Shown here one piece after another: positions 12,166 to 23,807 of a stretch of 64,000 nucleotides of DNA. The DNA is from Prorocentrum cordatum. Lineage: Eukaryota. The stretch covers positions 62,001 to 126,000 of the forward strand of contig CAUYUJ010000026.1 of the NCBI GenBank assembly GCA_963575745.1, written 5' to 3'. How positions within the stretch are numbered: position 1 is the first letter of the stretch; the number at the start of each line of letters is the position of its first letter. A program made the position numbers and the translations under genes. The notes under the pieces are model-generated. The model searched no databases. It saw only the letters and a list, made by a program, of their open reading frames with translations, and was not told where the DNA came from.

Positions 12166-13330
12166 GCGCGACAGGGTAAAGCTCTTGGAGAAATGCGCGC
12201 ACTAGGGCCGCACTTGCCGAGCGGGCAGGGCATGTTAAGCGAGGTTCTTCGGAGGCGCCAGGCTGCCCGTCAGGCTTGGCGACCGTGCGGATGCTCCCCG
12301 ACGTCCTCCACAGCTAAATGCATCCGCCGATCTATGTTCCAGGCATTCGTGGTAGAATCAGCGTTGAGTGGATTATTCGCCTTCGTGATCCCAGAGAAGT
12401 TCGTCGGCATCTTAGACCAGGCCCTTGGGAAGTTCGCGCGGGCTTGATCCAAAGGGGAGATGAGCTGGGAGACGGGGGAGGGGGGAAAGCGCTGCAGGAC
12501 CACAACATACGTGTTCAGAGCCCGGGGGGTCCCAAGTTGCGCAACACAGTTGAGAGTTAGTCGTATTCGAAATTGCCTCCGATGGGCGAAGTATCCAGAT
12601 GATCATCAGGCGGTAGTTGCTGCTGTGTTTAGCACCGCTTGGATGGGCCAGGCCCCCCGATTATCAGCCGACTTTCGAGTATGTAGCGACTCGACTCCTT
12701 GGGCGAAACAATAACTTACCGACCTCGATCACCTTGCATCTGTCGGCCCCGCGTTTGCCGAATGGTACCGAGCGAGGGGTGACGACGTCCGCCTGCTGCG
12801 AAGAGGGGGCCCAGAGAACGAGATGTTTTTGGAAACGGACCCTGCGTACTTGAACGCCATCGAGAGGCACGGGGAGGTGGAGAGCGACATAGAGGGGGGT
12901 GAGGAGCAGACGATGGAGGAGTACTCTAAACCCTACTGGTGCGACCACGCGAAGGAGGAGGGGGGGGGGAGAGAGGCGACCTGTGGGAAAAGGTTCACGA
13001 GTGCAGCAGGTCTGATTGCCCACCGTCGCGAGGCACATGGAGTTACCCCTCTCTGGAGCAAAATCATTATCACCAACCGGTGCCCTTGGTGCAAGAGCTG
13101 TTTCGTGAATAGAGCAGGCGCGCGGGGCCGCGGCAGAAGGGCCGCCCTGAGATTCGGCAAGTGCTTCATGGATCAGTCGAAGCGGGGCCGCGAACTTGAG
13201 ATCCCCGAAGTCCTGGACTGTGGCGTCTGTTCCTTCTCGGCTCAAAACTTTGAGAGTTTCCAGGGGCGCGTTCGCCAGCATCTGCCAGGTCCACAGTCGG
13301 TCGTCGAATCATTTGCACCGGATAGCGGGG
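12166..13330 (+). pseudogene. LINE RT thumb and C-terminal C2H2-type zinc fingers (frameshifted)
   Basis: RALGPHL (YLG-equivalent), EVLRRRQAARQAW, FQAFVVESALSG, TPWAKQ. Then C...CGKRFTSAAGLIAHRREAH (12940-13038), CPWC (13081) and CGVC...RQH (13219). Confidence 0.75.
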
Positions 13331-13336
13331 GCGAGG

Positions 13337-14113
13337 ATGGCGCGGAGAGCGAAGAGGCAGGCAGGAGACGGTCCTGGCGAAGAACGGGACAAGAAGGAGG
13401 CCATGCAGGAGTTGTCGCGCGGCACGGGCGGCAAGGCGAGAGACGGCGAGATCGCAGACATGCGGGGGGCCTTGGTGACGGTGCAGAAGTTGATGCTGCG
13501 CAACAGCCAGGAGAACAGAGACCAGATCAACGGGATTTTCGACTTCTGGCTGGTCCCAGGATCGTCGAGCATGGTCGCCGCTGGGGCCGACGCAGGCCAA
13601 GACTACAACAACGCGGTGAAGAAGATGGGCCGCGGGCGCGGACAAGGGCCCCCGCGCGTGCACATCGCACTGTCGGTGGTGGAACAGGCGGCGGAGGTGC
13701 TCGACCAGGGGGGCAAGTTGCAGGCGGAGAGCAAGGCCATCCTCACGGAGTGGGTGGGCATGGCCAACGGGGAGCACGGGCAGAGGCTCGTGGACGCGAC
13801 GTTCAGCATGTTCAGGATCAAGAAGGCCTACCAGCGCGAGAGCGACATGGAGGAGATGTTCAAGGTCATGTTCGGGATCAGGCCGCTGGTGGACTTCAAG
13901 ACGGCGCTCAGGCTCGGGCAGGCAATTCCAGAGGCCGTGGCTCAGGTACGCCAATTTCAACCAGCGCTCCTTCGAGAGGCCCTGAACCACGCGTGGTTCC
14001 TGCCAAAAGGCGCGACGCCGATGGGGGCAGGGCGGAAAACAGAGCTGGAGAGGGTGGTGGAGGCGCAGCTGAAGCAGCTAGTGAAACAGGGCACCCTGAC
14101 GAAGAAGCAGTAG
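13337..14113 (+). CDS. Intact 258-aa ORF downstream of RT within the retroelement; function unknown
   Basis: ATG at 13337 to TAG, uninterrupted, strong GC3 codon bias and protein-like composition (VQKLMLRNSQENRD...FWLVP...YNNAVK...GPPRVHI...FRIKKAY). Lies between the zinc fingers and the 3' UTR/tail. Confidence 0.65.
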   Translation: MARRAKRQAGDGPGEERDKKEAMQELSRGTGGKARDGEIADMRGALVTVQKLMLRNSQENRDQINGIFDFWLVPGSSSMVAAGADAGQDYNNAVKKMGRGRGQGPPRVHIALSVVEQAAEVLDQGGKLQAESKAILTEWVGMANGEHGQRLVDATFSMFRIKKAYQRESDMEEMFKVMFGIRPLVDFKTALRLGQAIPEAVAQVRQFQPALLREALNHAWFLPKGATPMGAGRKTELERVVEAQLKQLVKQGTLTKKQ

Positions 14114-16149
14114 TTGTAAGGCGTAGGCACAGCCAGGTCGTGATAGAAATTGCTCACGACCCGAGGCGACAGCAGATACCCAGGAGTTTGGCAGCAGGTG
14201 GCAGCGAGCATGCGACGAAACTCTTGCAGCAGGTAAGAGAATATCGCAGCGAGCTACGCACTTTACTTCAGTTTGACAGTCTTAGACATGATGCCGCCTC
14301 TGGCGGCAACGGCGCGCCTCCATAGAGAGGTAGCAGGCGCCTGAGCTATAGGGGGGAGACGGCTCAGGCCCAGGGCATCCCCTAGCTGAGCTAGGGATGG
14401 CCCTGGGCCTCCACGGCCGCCCTCCTTTTTCATGCCCCGAGGGATCTTCCCCGCCGACGGGGCATCGTGCGCGGTCCTTGCGCCGCCGCGTCGCCTCTTG
14501 CCGCGGCGGCCTGCTGAACCTGCAGGCGGCCCAGCCTCCATATGTAACGGAGGGGCTACCGATCAGTTGAGAGATGACAGACTGATGGCCCCCGACTGAG
14601 CACCACCACCACCACCACCACCACCTCCTCCTCCTCCTCCTCTTTCTCCTCCTCCTCCTCCTCCTCCTCCTCCTCCTCTTTCTCCTCCTCCTCTTCCTCC
14701 TCTTTCTCTTTCCTCCTCCTCCTCCTCTTCCTCTCCTCCTCCTCCTCCTCTTCCCGTCCTCCTCCTCCTCCTCCACCTCCTGCTCCTCCTCCTCCTCCTC
14801 CTCCTCCTCCTCGTCCTCCTCCTCCTCTCTTATTTGACACCTCTCGCCGACGAGCTCTCAGGGGGACTATTTGGGCCGCCTTGGGGCTTTCGTGGGCTCC
14901 TGTGCGGTAGTCCCGGGGGTCCCCTGGGGCCCTGTTCGGTGGTCTTGGGGCCCTCTTGGGCCGTCTTGGGTACATTTTGGCTGCCTGGGGGGTCTCTTGG
15001 GGCCGTCGTGGAGTCATTTTCGGACATTATTGGGCCCGGTTAGGCCGTCTTGGGTCCCCTCGGATGCCCTCTTGGGCCAGCTGGGGACTTTCTTGGGGCT
15101 GTCCTGGGCCGTCTACGGGCCCTATTGTGACGAGCGAACAACACACACCGATACCCACAGGAGCGTCGGAAGGAGGAGGACTGGCCATGGGTATGGGTGC
15201 GGGTTGTCGGCCCCTGGGGGAAGCTCCCGTTCGAGCGGGGACCCCCATCCGACAACACGCGCCCATAGCCCCCTCCGCCCCCCCTATGGGTATGGGTGCG
15301 TGTTGTTCGATCGTCATATTGTGGCTCTCAGTGAGCTTCTGTGGGCCTTTGAAGACCGCAAGTGGGCCAATCTTTGACCGAAGGGCGTAGAAAACGGAAA
15401 ATATTCAGCAAACAAAAGGACATCAGCAATTCTGGCTTCTCGAAGGCCTCCTGGAAAGCGTCTTTGGGGTGTCTCAGGCCTGTTGGTGTCCTCTTGGGGC
15501 ATATTGGGCGCTTCTCAGTGGCCGTTGGGTGCGTCTTGACGCGATGCTGAACCACCTTGGCGGCCTTGGTGGTCTTCCTGGGCCGTCTTGAAAGACTCGG
15601 AGTGCCTTGGAGAGCCCCAGGGAGGCGAGGGGCCGCCCAGGAAACCTCGGGAGATGGGGCCCATGCGCGCAGGTGGACGTGGGGAGAGGGGGGGATGGGC
15701 CCCGCAGAAGACCAACCGGAACTCTGCCCTGCAGCTCTCGGCATGCTACCATGCCTCGACGTGCCAGGGGGAGAGGTGGCGGGTTTTGGCGTCGCCTTCG
15801 CTCGCTGTGTGTCTTGGAAAGCTCTGATCCCGTCGATTGCCCGCATGGTTCCAGCGGCAGCCGAACGCGCTGCAAGTGCGGACAACGGGCGAGAGACGAC
15901 GGACGGCGGACGACGGACAAGGCAGATGGACGACCGACGAAAAAACACGGACGCAACGACGACGACGACGACGGACGACGACCACGACGACGACGGTTGA
16001 CGACGGACGACGGACGACGGACGACGGACGACGGACGATGGACGACGGAGGAGGGACGACGGTCCACGGCGACGACGACGGACGACGACCACGGACGACG
16101 GACGACGACGGACGACGGCCGACAAGCACGACGGACGCGACGATTCGAG

Positions 16150-16226
16150 GCGATCAGGGCAACCTGTGCGTGTGGCCGGGGAGCCACCACCGCCTGCACG
16201 AGATGTCCCGGTGGCCCGACGCGAAG
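16150..16226 (+). CDS. PhyH-family dioxygenase, exon B (GNLCVWPGSH)
   Basis: (G)DQGNLCVWPGSHHRLHEMSRWPDAK matches the PhyH G-x-L-x-V-x-P-G-S-H motif. CGAG|GC acceptor, GAAG|GC donor; phase-compatible with both neighbours. Confidence 0.85.
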
Positions 16227-17175
16227 GCGGCCACCCCCTGCTCTTTCAGCGGAGATGGTCTTGGCTTGCGCCGCGGCTCGAAGGAGGGTTTCGAGGCAGT
16301 AAAGCTGCACGACCATGTCATGTCGGAGCTCCGCGCAGAGCTCCGACAGTTGATGCTCCTGCCGCTTTTTTTCGGCGGCGGGCCCAGGGGGGAAGAGATA
16401 AGGGGCGGGCCTTCTCAGCAGGCTCGGAGGTCCCCATGCCTTCTGAGATGTTTTCTAAGCCTTCCCTGAAAACACTAAAACAACTTCTCATAAGACCGGA
16501 GGGTTTCTGAGAAGCCCGCCGCGTCCTGAGAGGGCCTTCTCCTTCTTACTTTTACTTCCCCCCTAGCTCGCCGCCGAGTTTGTTTTGCTCTTCTTAGGCC
16601 TCTGGGAGGCCCCTGCGCCGCCGCGGCGGGGGGTTCCTTTTTGAGTTCGGGCCCGGGCGCGCCCATGGAACTGGCCCAGGGGCCGATTTCTGAGCCCCTC
16701 CGATTGGCTGCGCGCAGAGTGACGGGGGTAGGGGGAGGGGGGAAAGGCTTCGTAGAAGGAGGCCGCTTCTTAGAAGGCGCCTGCCCCTACATCTACAGAC
16801 AAGGCCCGCACCTTCCTTCTAAGAGGCAGGGGTGCTTCTAAGAAGCCTTCCCCCCCCCTCCCGCTACCCCCCTCTGCGCGCCGCCGATCCGAACCCAGAC
16901 CCCATGGCCTCGTGACAAAAACACGACGGACGGGCCTTTAACATTTTCTAGGGTTCTGGAGGCCCTCATATTGGACCCTAGAAGGGGCTGTCTCGCACGG
17001 CTCGGAGGGAGCAGGGCGGCTCCAGGGACGTCTCGAGACCCATGGGGGGGGGGCGGTCCTCGCAAACGGAGGTTCCCCGCGGATCTTTCTGGGGTCGGCG
17101 CCGGAAGCCCCTCATCACACCACAGGCGGCGCCTTGTGTCGTCGGCGCCTCCAGCGCGCGGATCACTCTTTGTGA

Positions 17176-17244
<69 letters not shown>

Positions 17245-17280
17245 TTGTTGTTGTTGTTGTGGTTGTGGTTGTGGTTGTGG

Positions 17281-17334
<54 letters not shown>

Positions 17335-18020
17335 TTGTTGTTGTTGTTGTTGTTGCTGTTGTTGTTGCTGTCGCTACCTGAAGCGGCCGAGGACCGTGCC
17401 CGCGCTGCGAGGGCGCTCTTCCTTTCAACTCACAAGGCTGTGCAGTAAGTCTTTGGACGCTGTGCTGCGCGGAAGCACGAGTGATATATTTATATGTGTA
17501 TATGTATGTATGTATGTATGTATATATATATATATATATGTAAGTGTATATATATATGCCGCTCTCCACAGTCAGGGAGGGCGGCACGCGCTCCGAGGCA
17601 GGGCGCGTCCTGGACAGAAGGTCGCGGGAGGAAAAACCACCAGGACCAGACAATCGGCGTTTCTTAAACGGCCCTGGGCGTTCACGAAACAGCCCTGCCC
17701 TGCTTGATTCCTGCCTTGGGTGCGTTTACGAAAGGGCTTCGCGTGTCGGGTTGCTCATGATCGGGGTGGATCTTCTGCCCTCTATCCTGGCCAGGAAAGG
17801 CGGCGCGCAACACGCCTCCTGTGGCGGCAGAGGCGTGTGCTGTTCGGCCGCAGGCGCCGAGGCCGCGGGGAGGGCACACCACGGGCGGCGCGGCGGCAGA
17901 GCGGCAGCGGCGGCCGCGGCAGTGGGACGCGAAGGTCAGGCGCAGTGAAGTCAGCAGCCCGACCGAAGGTAGAATTTGAGTCGGGCGTGCCCCTCTACAG
18001 GAGGCATGCTCAAAAAAAGT

Positions 18021-20015
18021 AAATTGTTCACTGCGTGGAGCTCCCCATATGTGCATCTATTCGCATGGACCTGTCCGCCGTGAATGTCTAGGCGCAAGAG
18101 CTTTCGAATATAAACGGGCTTCAGTTGTGACGGTCTGGTCATGAATCTAACTGAGGATGAATTGGAGTATGAATGAGCCTCAGTAGTACGAGCGCGTCTC
18201 TGCGCATGAGCCTGGGTCCTCCTGGGGCCTCCTGGGGCCTCCTGAAACCTACTGGGGCTTCCTGGGGCCTCCAGGAGCTTCTTGGGGCCTCCTGGGGCCT
18301 CCTGGGACCTCCTAGGGAGGATTCGTGCCCCACGAGAGGCTCAATCTATAGGAATATACGTACGTAAAATATTGCGGATTGGAGCCACAGGAGAAGGGGG
18401 CAATCTATAGGAACACGCGTAAAACACCAAGGACTCGTGCCCCAGGAGAGGCCCTATAGGAACATAAGTATTCAGGAGAAGGACAATCTATATAAACATA
18501 CGTATAACATCAAGGATTCGTGCTTCAGGTGAGGCCCAATCTATAGGAGCATACGTAAAACAAATGGGATTGGAGCCACTCCTGTTGCCTTCTGAGGCCT
18601 CCTGCTCCTGGGGCCTCTCGGGGCCTCCTGTTGCCTTCCGAGACCTCCTGGCGCTTCCTCTGGCCTCCTGGGGCCTCCTGTGGCTTCCTGAAGCCTCCCG
18701 GAGCTTCCTGGGGCCTCCTAGAGCCTCTTGGGACATCCTGTGGCCTCTTGAGTCTTTCTGTGGCCTCCTGGTGCCTCCTGGGACCTCATGTGGTCTCCTG
18801 GGGCCTCTTAGAGCCTGTTGGAGCCTCTTGTGGCATCCTGGCGAGAATCTGTGCCAACGAGTCTGGCCACCGATCAAGACATCCTCAAAATCTGGTCCAC
18901 CTGGGGGGTGAAAATGGGCGCCTCGCTCGAGACATCCTCCAATCTGCTCCGAAAGCGAAGGATGATGGGACAGAAAATAGTCAAACCGCTTGAGGCATCC
19001 CCACAAAACGGCCGCGAACGGGACCGTGAGATAACCCTTGGCGGCTCCCCTTAGGGGGGTGAAAGTGAGCGCCTCGCTCGAGACATCCTCCTTTTCTGCT
19101 CCGACAGCAAAGGATGTTGGGACAGAAAACAGGCAAACCGATTGAGGCATCCCCACAAATCGGCCGCGAACGGGACCGTGAGATATCCCCTGGCGGCTCC
19201 CCTTAGGGGGGTGAAAATGAGCGCCTCGCTCGAGACATCCTCCAAATCTGCTCCGAAAGCGAAGGATGTTGGGACAGAAAACAGGCAAACCGCTTGAGAC
19301 ATTCCCACAAAATGGCCGCGAACGGGAACGTGAGATAACCCCTGGCTCCTCCCCTTAGGGGGGTGAAAGTGAGCGCCTCGCTCGAGACATCCTCCTTTTC
19401 TGCTCCGACAGCAAATGATGTTGGGACAGAAAACAGGCAAACCGATTGAGGCATCCCCACAAATCGGCCGCGAACGGGACCGTGAGATAACCTCTCGGCG
19501 GCTCCCCTTAGGGGGGTGAAAATGAGCGCCTCGCTCGAGACATCCTCCACATATGCTCCGAAAGCAAAGGATGTTGGGACAGAAAACAGTCAAACCGCTT
19601 GAGACATCCCCACAAAACGGCCGCGAACGGGAACGTGAGATAACCCCTGGCTGCTCCCCTTAGGGGGTGCAAATGGGCGCCTCGCTCGAGACGTCCTCCA
19701 AATCTGCTCCGAAAGCGAAGGATTTGGGACAGAAAACAGGCAAACCGCTTGAGGTATCCCCACAAAACGGCAGCGAACGGGGCGCGCGTGAGTCTCAGCA
19801 TGAGTAAGTCTGAGTAGGAGTAGGTCTGAGTATGAGTAGGTCTGAGTATGAGTAGTTTGGTGTGTGAGAGTAAGTCTGGGTATGAGTAAGTCTGAGTGTG
19901 AGTCAGTCTGTGTATGAGTAAGTCTGGGTATGAGGAGGAGAGGGGAGGAGAAAGAGAAGGAGGAGAAGTCGGCGGCGTCCAAGAAATAAGAAGAACCATA
20001 TTAGGATATGGGGAA
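18021..20015 (-). mobile_element. Helitron2/Helentron-like element, family 2 (copy D) with 152-bp array
   Basis: On the - strand: 5' TTCCCCATAT... and subterminal ATATGGGGA-GCTCCACGCAGTGAACAATTT. Same terminal architecture as family 1 but different sequence. Contains a 10-bp (TGAGTAAGTC)n tract and a 152-bp array. Confidence 0.6.
18890..19785. repeat. 152/153-bp tandem array, ~6 units
   Basis: CCCTTAGGGGG recurs at ~19048, 19200, 19352, 19505 and 19657; two unit variants alternate in part of the array. Confidence 0.95.
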
Positions 20016-21258
20016 TTAGCCTGGCGAAGGACACAACCATATGCAGCTGTGAGTACCGCAGTTGTGAATATCGTCCTCGGTGGAGCTCCGTATGGGGCCA
20101 CGAACTGCGTGAGGGGCCTGCCACAGTGGTGGTGGTGGTGGGGAACCGCATGCGGGCACCCCTGCTGGGGCCTGCGGTGGAGCTCCCTATGGGGCCACGA
20201 AGCGCTGCCCTGGGTGGGGGAACCGCATGCGGGCACCCCCACTGGGGCCTACGGTGGAGCTCCCTGTGGGGCCACGAAACGTTGCCCTGGGTGGGGGAAC
20301 CGCATGCGGGCACCCCCGCTGGGGCCTAAGGTGGGGCTTCCTATGGGGCCACGAAGCGCTGCCCTGGGTGGGGGAACCGCATGCGGGCACCCCCACTGGG
20401 GCCTTCGGTGGAGCTCCCTATGGGGCCACGAAGCGCTGCCCTGGGTGGGGGAACCGCATGCGGGCACCCCCACTGGGGCCTACGGTGGAGCATGGTGGAG
20501 CTCCACTGGGGCCTTCGGTGGAGCTCCCTATTGCTACGAAACGCTGCCCTGGGTGGGGGAACCGCATGCGGCACCCCCACTGGGGCCTTCGGTGGAGCTC
20601 CCTATGTGGCCACGAAACCCTGCCTGGGTGGGGAACCGCAATGCGGGCACACCCACTGGGGCCCAACGGTGGAGCCCCCTAGGGGGCCACTAAGCGCTGC
20701 CCTGGGTGGGGAACCGCATGCGGGCACCCCCAACTGGGGCCTTTCGGTGGAGCTCCCTATGGGGGCCACGAAACGCTGCCCTGGTTGGGGAGACTCAATG
20801 TGAATCACACCCCCACTGGGGCCTTCGGTGGAGCTCCCTATGGGGCCTCGAACCGTGTGAGGGGTGTGACGACATGGGCGGTGGGGACGATGATGATGAC
20901 GATGATGATGAGGAGGATGTGGATGAGGATGATGCTGCATATGATGATGCTGATGGATGATGGGTGATGGTGATGATTGGTGACGATGGGGGGGAAGGGG
21001 GGTGATGAATGATGTGATGAATGATGATGATGATGAGATGAGATTGATGATGATGATGATGAGATGGGATGATGATGAATATGATGAAGGAATGATGATG
21101 ATGATGAGGATGATGATGATGATGATGGAGTGCGGAGAGCAAAGGCAAGGAGGGGGAGAGAGAGGGGCGGGGAGGAGGAAGGAAGGAGGAATGAGGTGGG
21201 ACGCGGGGCGCTGTCTCTTCAAAGCGAGGACCCAACACCACAGAATGGTTGGGAAAAA
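20014..21258 (-). mobile_element. Helitron2/Helentron-like non-autonomous element, family 1 copy C (77-bp array)
   Basis: AATTAGCCTGGCGAAGGACACAACCATATGC at 20014 and ...CCCAACACCACAGAATGGTTGGGAAAAA ending at 21258. (GAT)n microsatellite and 77-bp tandem units. Confidence 0.8.
20075..20870 (-). repeat. 77-bp tandem array sharing a ~35-bp core with the 90-bp array
   Basis: TGGGGCCT at 20166, 20243, 20320, 20397 and onward; core GGGGCCTTCGGTGGAGCTCCCTATGGGGCCACGAA. Confidence 0.9.
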
Positions 21259-23807
21259 TAGTCGGAATAGTCTGGGGACGATTTCTTTCGTTTTTTTGTT
21301 TGTTCGTGTGTGTGTGTGTGTGCGCGAGACTATTTTTCATGCTTTTCGTCCAAGACCCGCCTGCAGGGGGACATGCCCGACTACAGATATAATGCGAGCG
21401 CTGCGAACTCGCTTCGGACTGGAGCCAGGCTCGGCCTCGCCGCGCTGGCTTCGGAGGAGGCCAGAGTCCACGACACTATCAGCTGGCGCGGAATCAGCAT
21501 CAATGGGAGAAAGCCGAGGTGGAGGTGCAGGAGCAGGGAGATGCCGTAGAGGGAGGCGGGAGGAGGAAGATGTGAAGGAGGAGAGGAGGATGAGGAGGAG
21601 GAGGAGGAGGGAGGAGGAGGAGGAGGAGGGGTATCGAGTTTTTGTTGCTTGTAGTTTTGTATGCTGTTTGCTTTCCCCCGCCTCCCCCCCCCTTGAGGCC
21701 CCCTTCCTTCCCCGCTCCTCTGCCTCCTCTTCCCTCCTGGAGTCACCGCCTCGGAGCGGTTGAAAGAAGCCTCTTCAAGAACTGTGCGCCGATGCTGAGC
21801 TTCGTGCCAGCACCGTTGCAGTTCATGCCCCTTTCACGCCTCCGTGGGCCCTGAGTTCCGGCGTTGCGAAGCCAGGCCAGGTCCTCACAAGGGGTCACAG
21901 CCCTGTCCCCGAGATCCTGGCGTCGCAATTTTTCCCGCAGCGGCGATCTTGCCTTCCTTCGGGCCCCGGGACATTCACGGATCGATCTGGCTCGAAACAT
22001 GCAGCAGAAAGATGGGGTCCAGGGCTTCGGTGGAGTGTTCTAGCGATGTTGCATCTTTTTCGCAACGTCGGATCTCAGGGGCGCGACGCTGGTTCTGGCC
22101 CACCACGCATCGGCGTGACGAGCTAACCGCGTCCCTGGGAGGAGGAGGAGGAGGAGGAGGAGGAGGAGGAGGAGGAGGAGGAGGAGGAGGAGGAGGAGGA
22201 GGAGGAGGAGGAGGAGGAGCGTCAAGGCCCTGAGCATTTTCCCCGCCCCGCGGCGCGGCGCGACGCGCTGTCAGCCTGCACAGCGTTTCGCCGCCAGCGC
22301 CGACGCGACGCCTTGAGCAAACAGGTCTTGACCGTAGCTGTACTGCCATGGTGCACAGACCGCATCGAGCGGTCCGACCAAGATTCGGCCGCATAGCGTG
22401 TCTGAGCGATGTGATCTTGAGAAGCAGTTGCGCTCTCGTTGTGCGCAGGTGGTAGCAGCTTTGAAGAATTCTGCGCGGCGCCACGGCGAGCTCACGTTTT
22501 TGAGAACTAACTGGCCTCCGTCAGCGTAGCCGTTGGATGCTTAAGCGAATCGTTCGGCTCATGATATCGGGCGATTGCCATGTTTGTTGGACGGTTCGAT
22601 GGATGGTTCGATCTGTGGTATTGTTTGATGATTCGAGCTTTGTGCTGATAAATGCCACGACGGTTTAGGCGGTATCCGTATTTTGAAATTCATCCGCTCT
22701 CCATCCAAACGCCATTACCACCAGGCCACATTCGACCAGGGCAGTCCTTTCAAGTCCTGTCTGGCTACTCTTAGATGCGGCTTCAAAACGTATGCTATCG
22801 TGAGAAAAGGCGCGACTGGTTTTGCTCATGTCTCCGTGGCTCCACCACGGTTCCGAGAGGCCAGGAGGAGGAGGAGGAGGAGGAGGAGGAGGAGGAGGAG
22901 GAGGAGGAGGAGGAGCAGGAGCAGGAGCAGGAGGAGGAGGAGGAGGAGGAGGAGGAGGAGGAGGAGTTCGTAGCTGGCCTTCGCGGCGAGAACGAGACAG
23001 CGCTGTCGCATGGTCAGCCCACGCTTCCTCGTATGCGGCATGTTCGCGCCGTGTTGAGATCGCGGCGACCCGTCGCGGGCGTTCAAGGCTGAACGCCGCC
23101 AGTGGCCTCGAACCGGCCGATGTCGAACCAACTTTATCGGAAGGCCGCGATCGTTCGAGGCTGCACGATGCGCGCGGTGTCAGCAACCCGACGCCGACTC
23201 CATCGCTGCGTGAACCTGCTGCGCTCCTCGTGGCCCCCGACCTGCCCGCCTGACGACTCGCCTCGCGGCTATCCCACCACCACACTGCGGAGCCACCTCG
23301 CGGCCAGCTCGAGGCTGCACCACCCCCGTTGCGCCGATGCCAGCGCCCCGAGAGTTTGCGCGCCGGGTCGGGCAGTTCTGCGGCCCCTGTGATCCGACGT
23401 CGCGAACAAGAATGCAACGCTGCAAGCAATCGCGACGGGAGCCCCGGACCCCATCTTGCTGCGTCAGTCTCGGAGCCTGATCGGGCCGTGAGGGCCCCGA
23501 GGCCCGAGGCCCGAGAGAAAACGCCCGTTGTGGAGGAGGCGGAGGAGGAGCAGGGAGGAGGAGGGAGGAGGAGGGAGGAGGAGGAGGAGGAGGAGGAGGA
23601 GGAGGAGGAGGAGGAGGAGGAGGAGGAGGAGGAGGAGGAATTGCAGAGCCGACCTCGGCTCCCCTGAGCTCCTTGCCGCCCCCCCCCCCCCCCCGGGGGC
23701 GTCCCTTGCGATGCCCAGAGGCCGCCGCTCGGAGGCGCCCCCAAAGCCGCGCGGCAAGACCACACCCTGTGGTGGGTCAGTGGGGATTGGCCCAGGCCTC
23801 GGAAAAA

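Larger units (their letters stand above)
4248..14624 (+). mobile_element. Decayed non-LTR (LINE-like) retrotransposon: APE-RT-C2H2 ORF, downstream ORF, structured 3' UTR, (CAC)n tail; interrupted by two insertions
   Basis: EN motifs at 4418-5170; RT subdomains at ~5950-7010, 10352-10618 and 12166-12720; zinc fingers at 12940-13290; hairpins at 14366-14410 and 14552-14592; (CAC)n at 14601-14624. The 5' boundary is uncertain and is placed after the (CCT)n at 4224-4247. Confidence 0.8.
17979..21382. mobile_element. MITE (TIR GTCGGGCRTGYCCC...) split by nested insertions D and C
   Basis: Left AGTCGGGCGTGCCCCTCTACAGG (17979), right CCTGCAGGGGGACATGCCCGACT (ends 21382). The rejoined halves resemble the reverse complement of the intact copy at 46626-46788. 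Confidence 0.7.
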
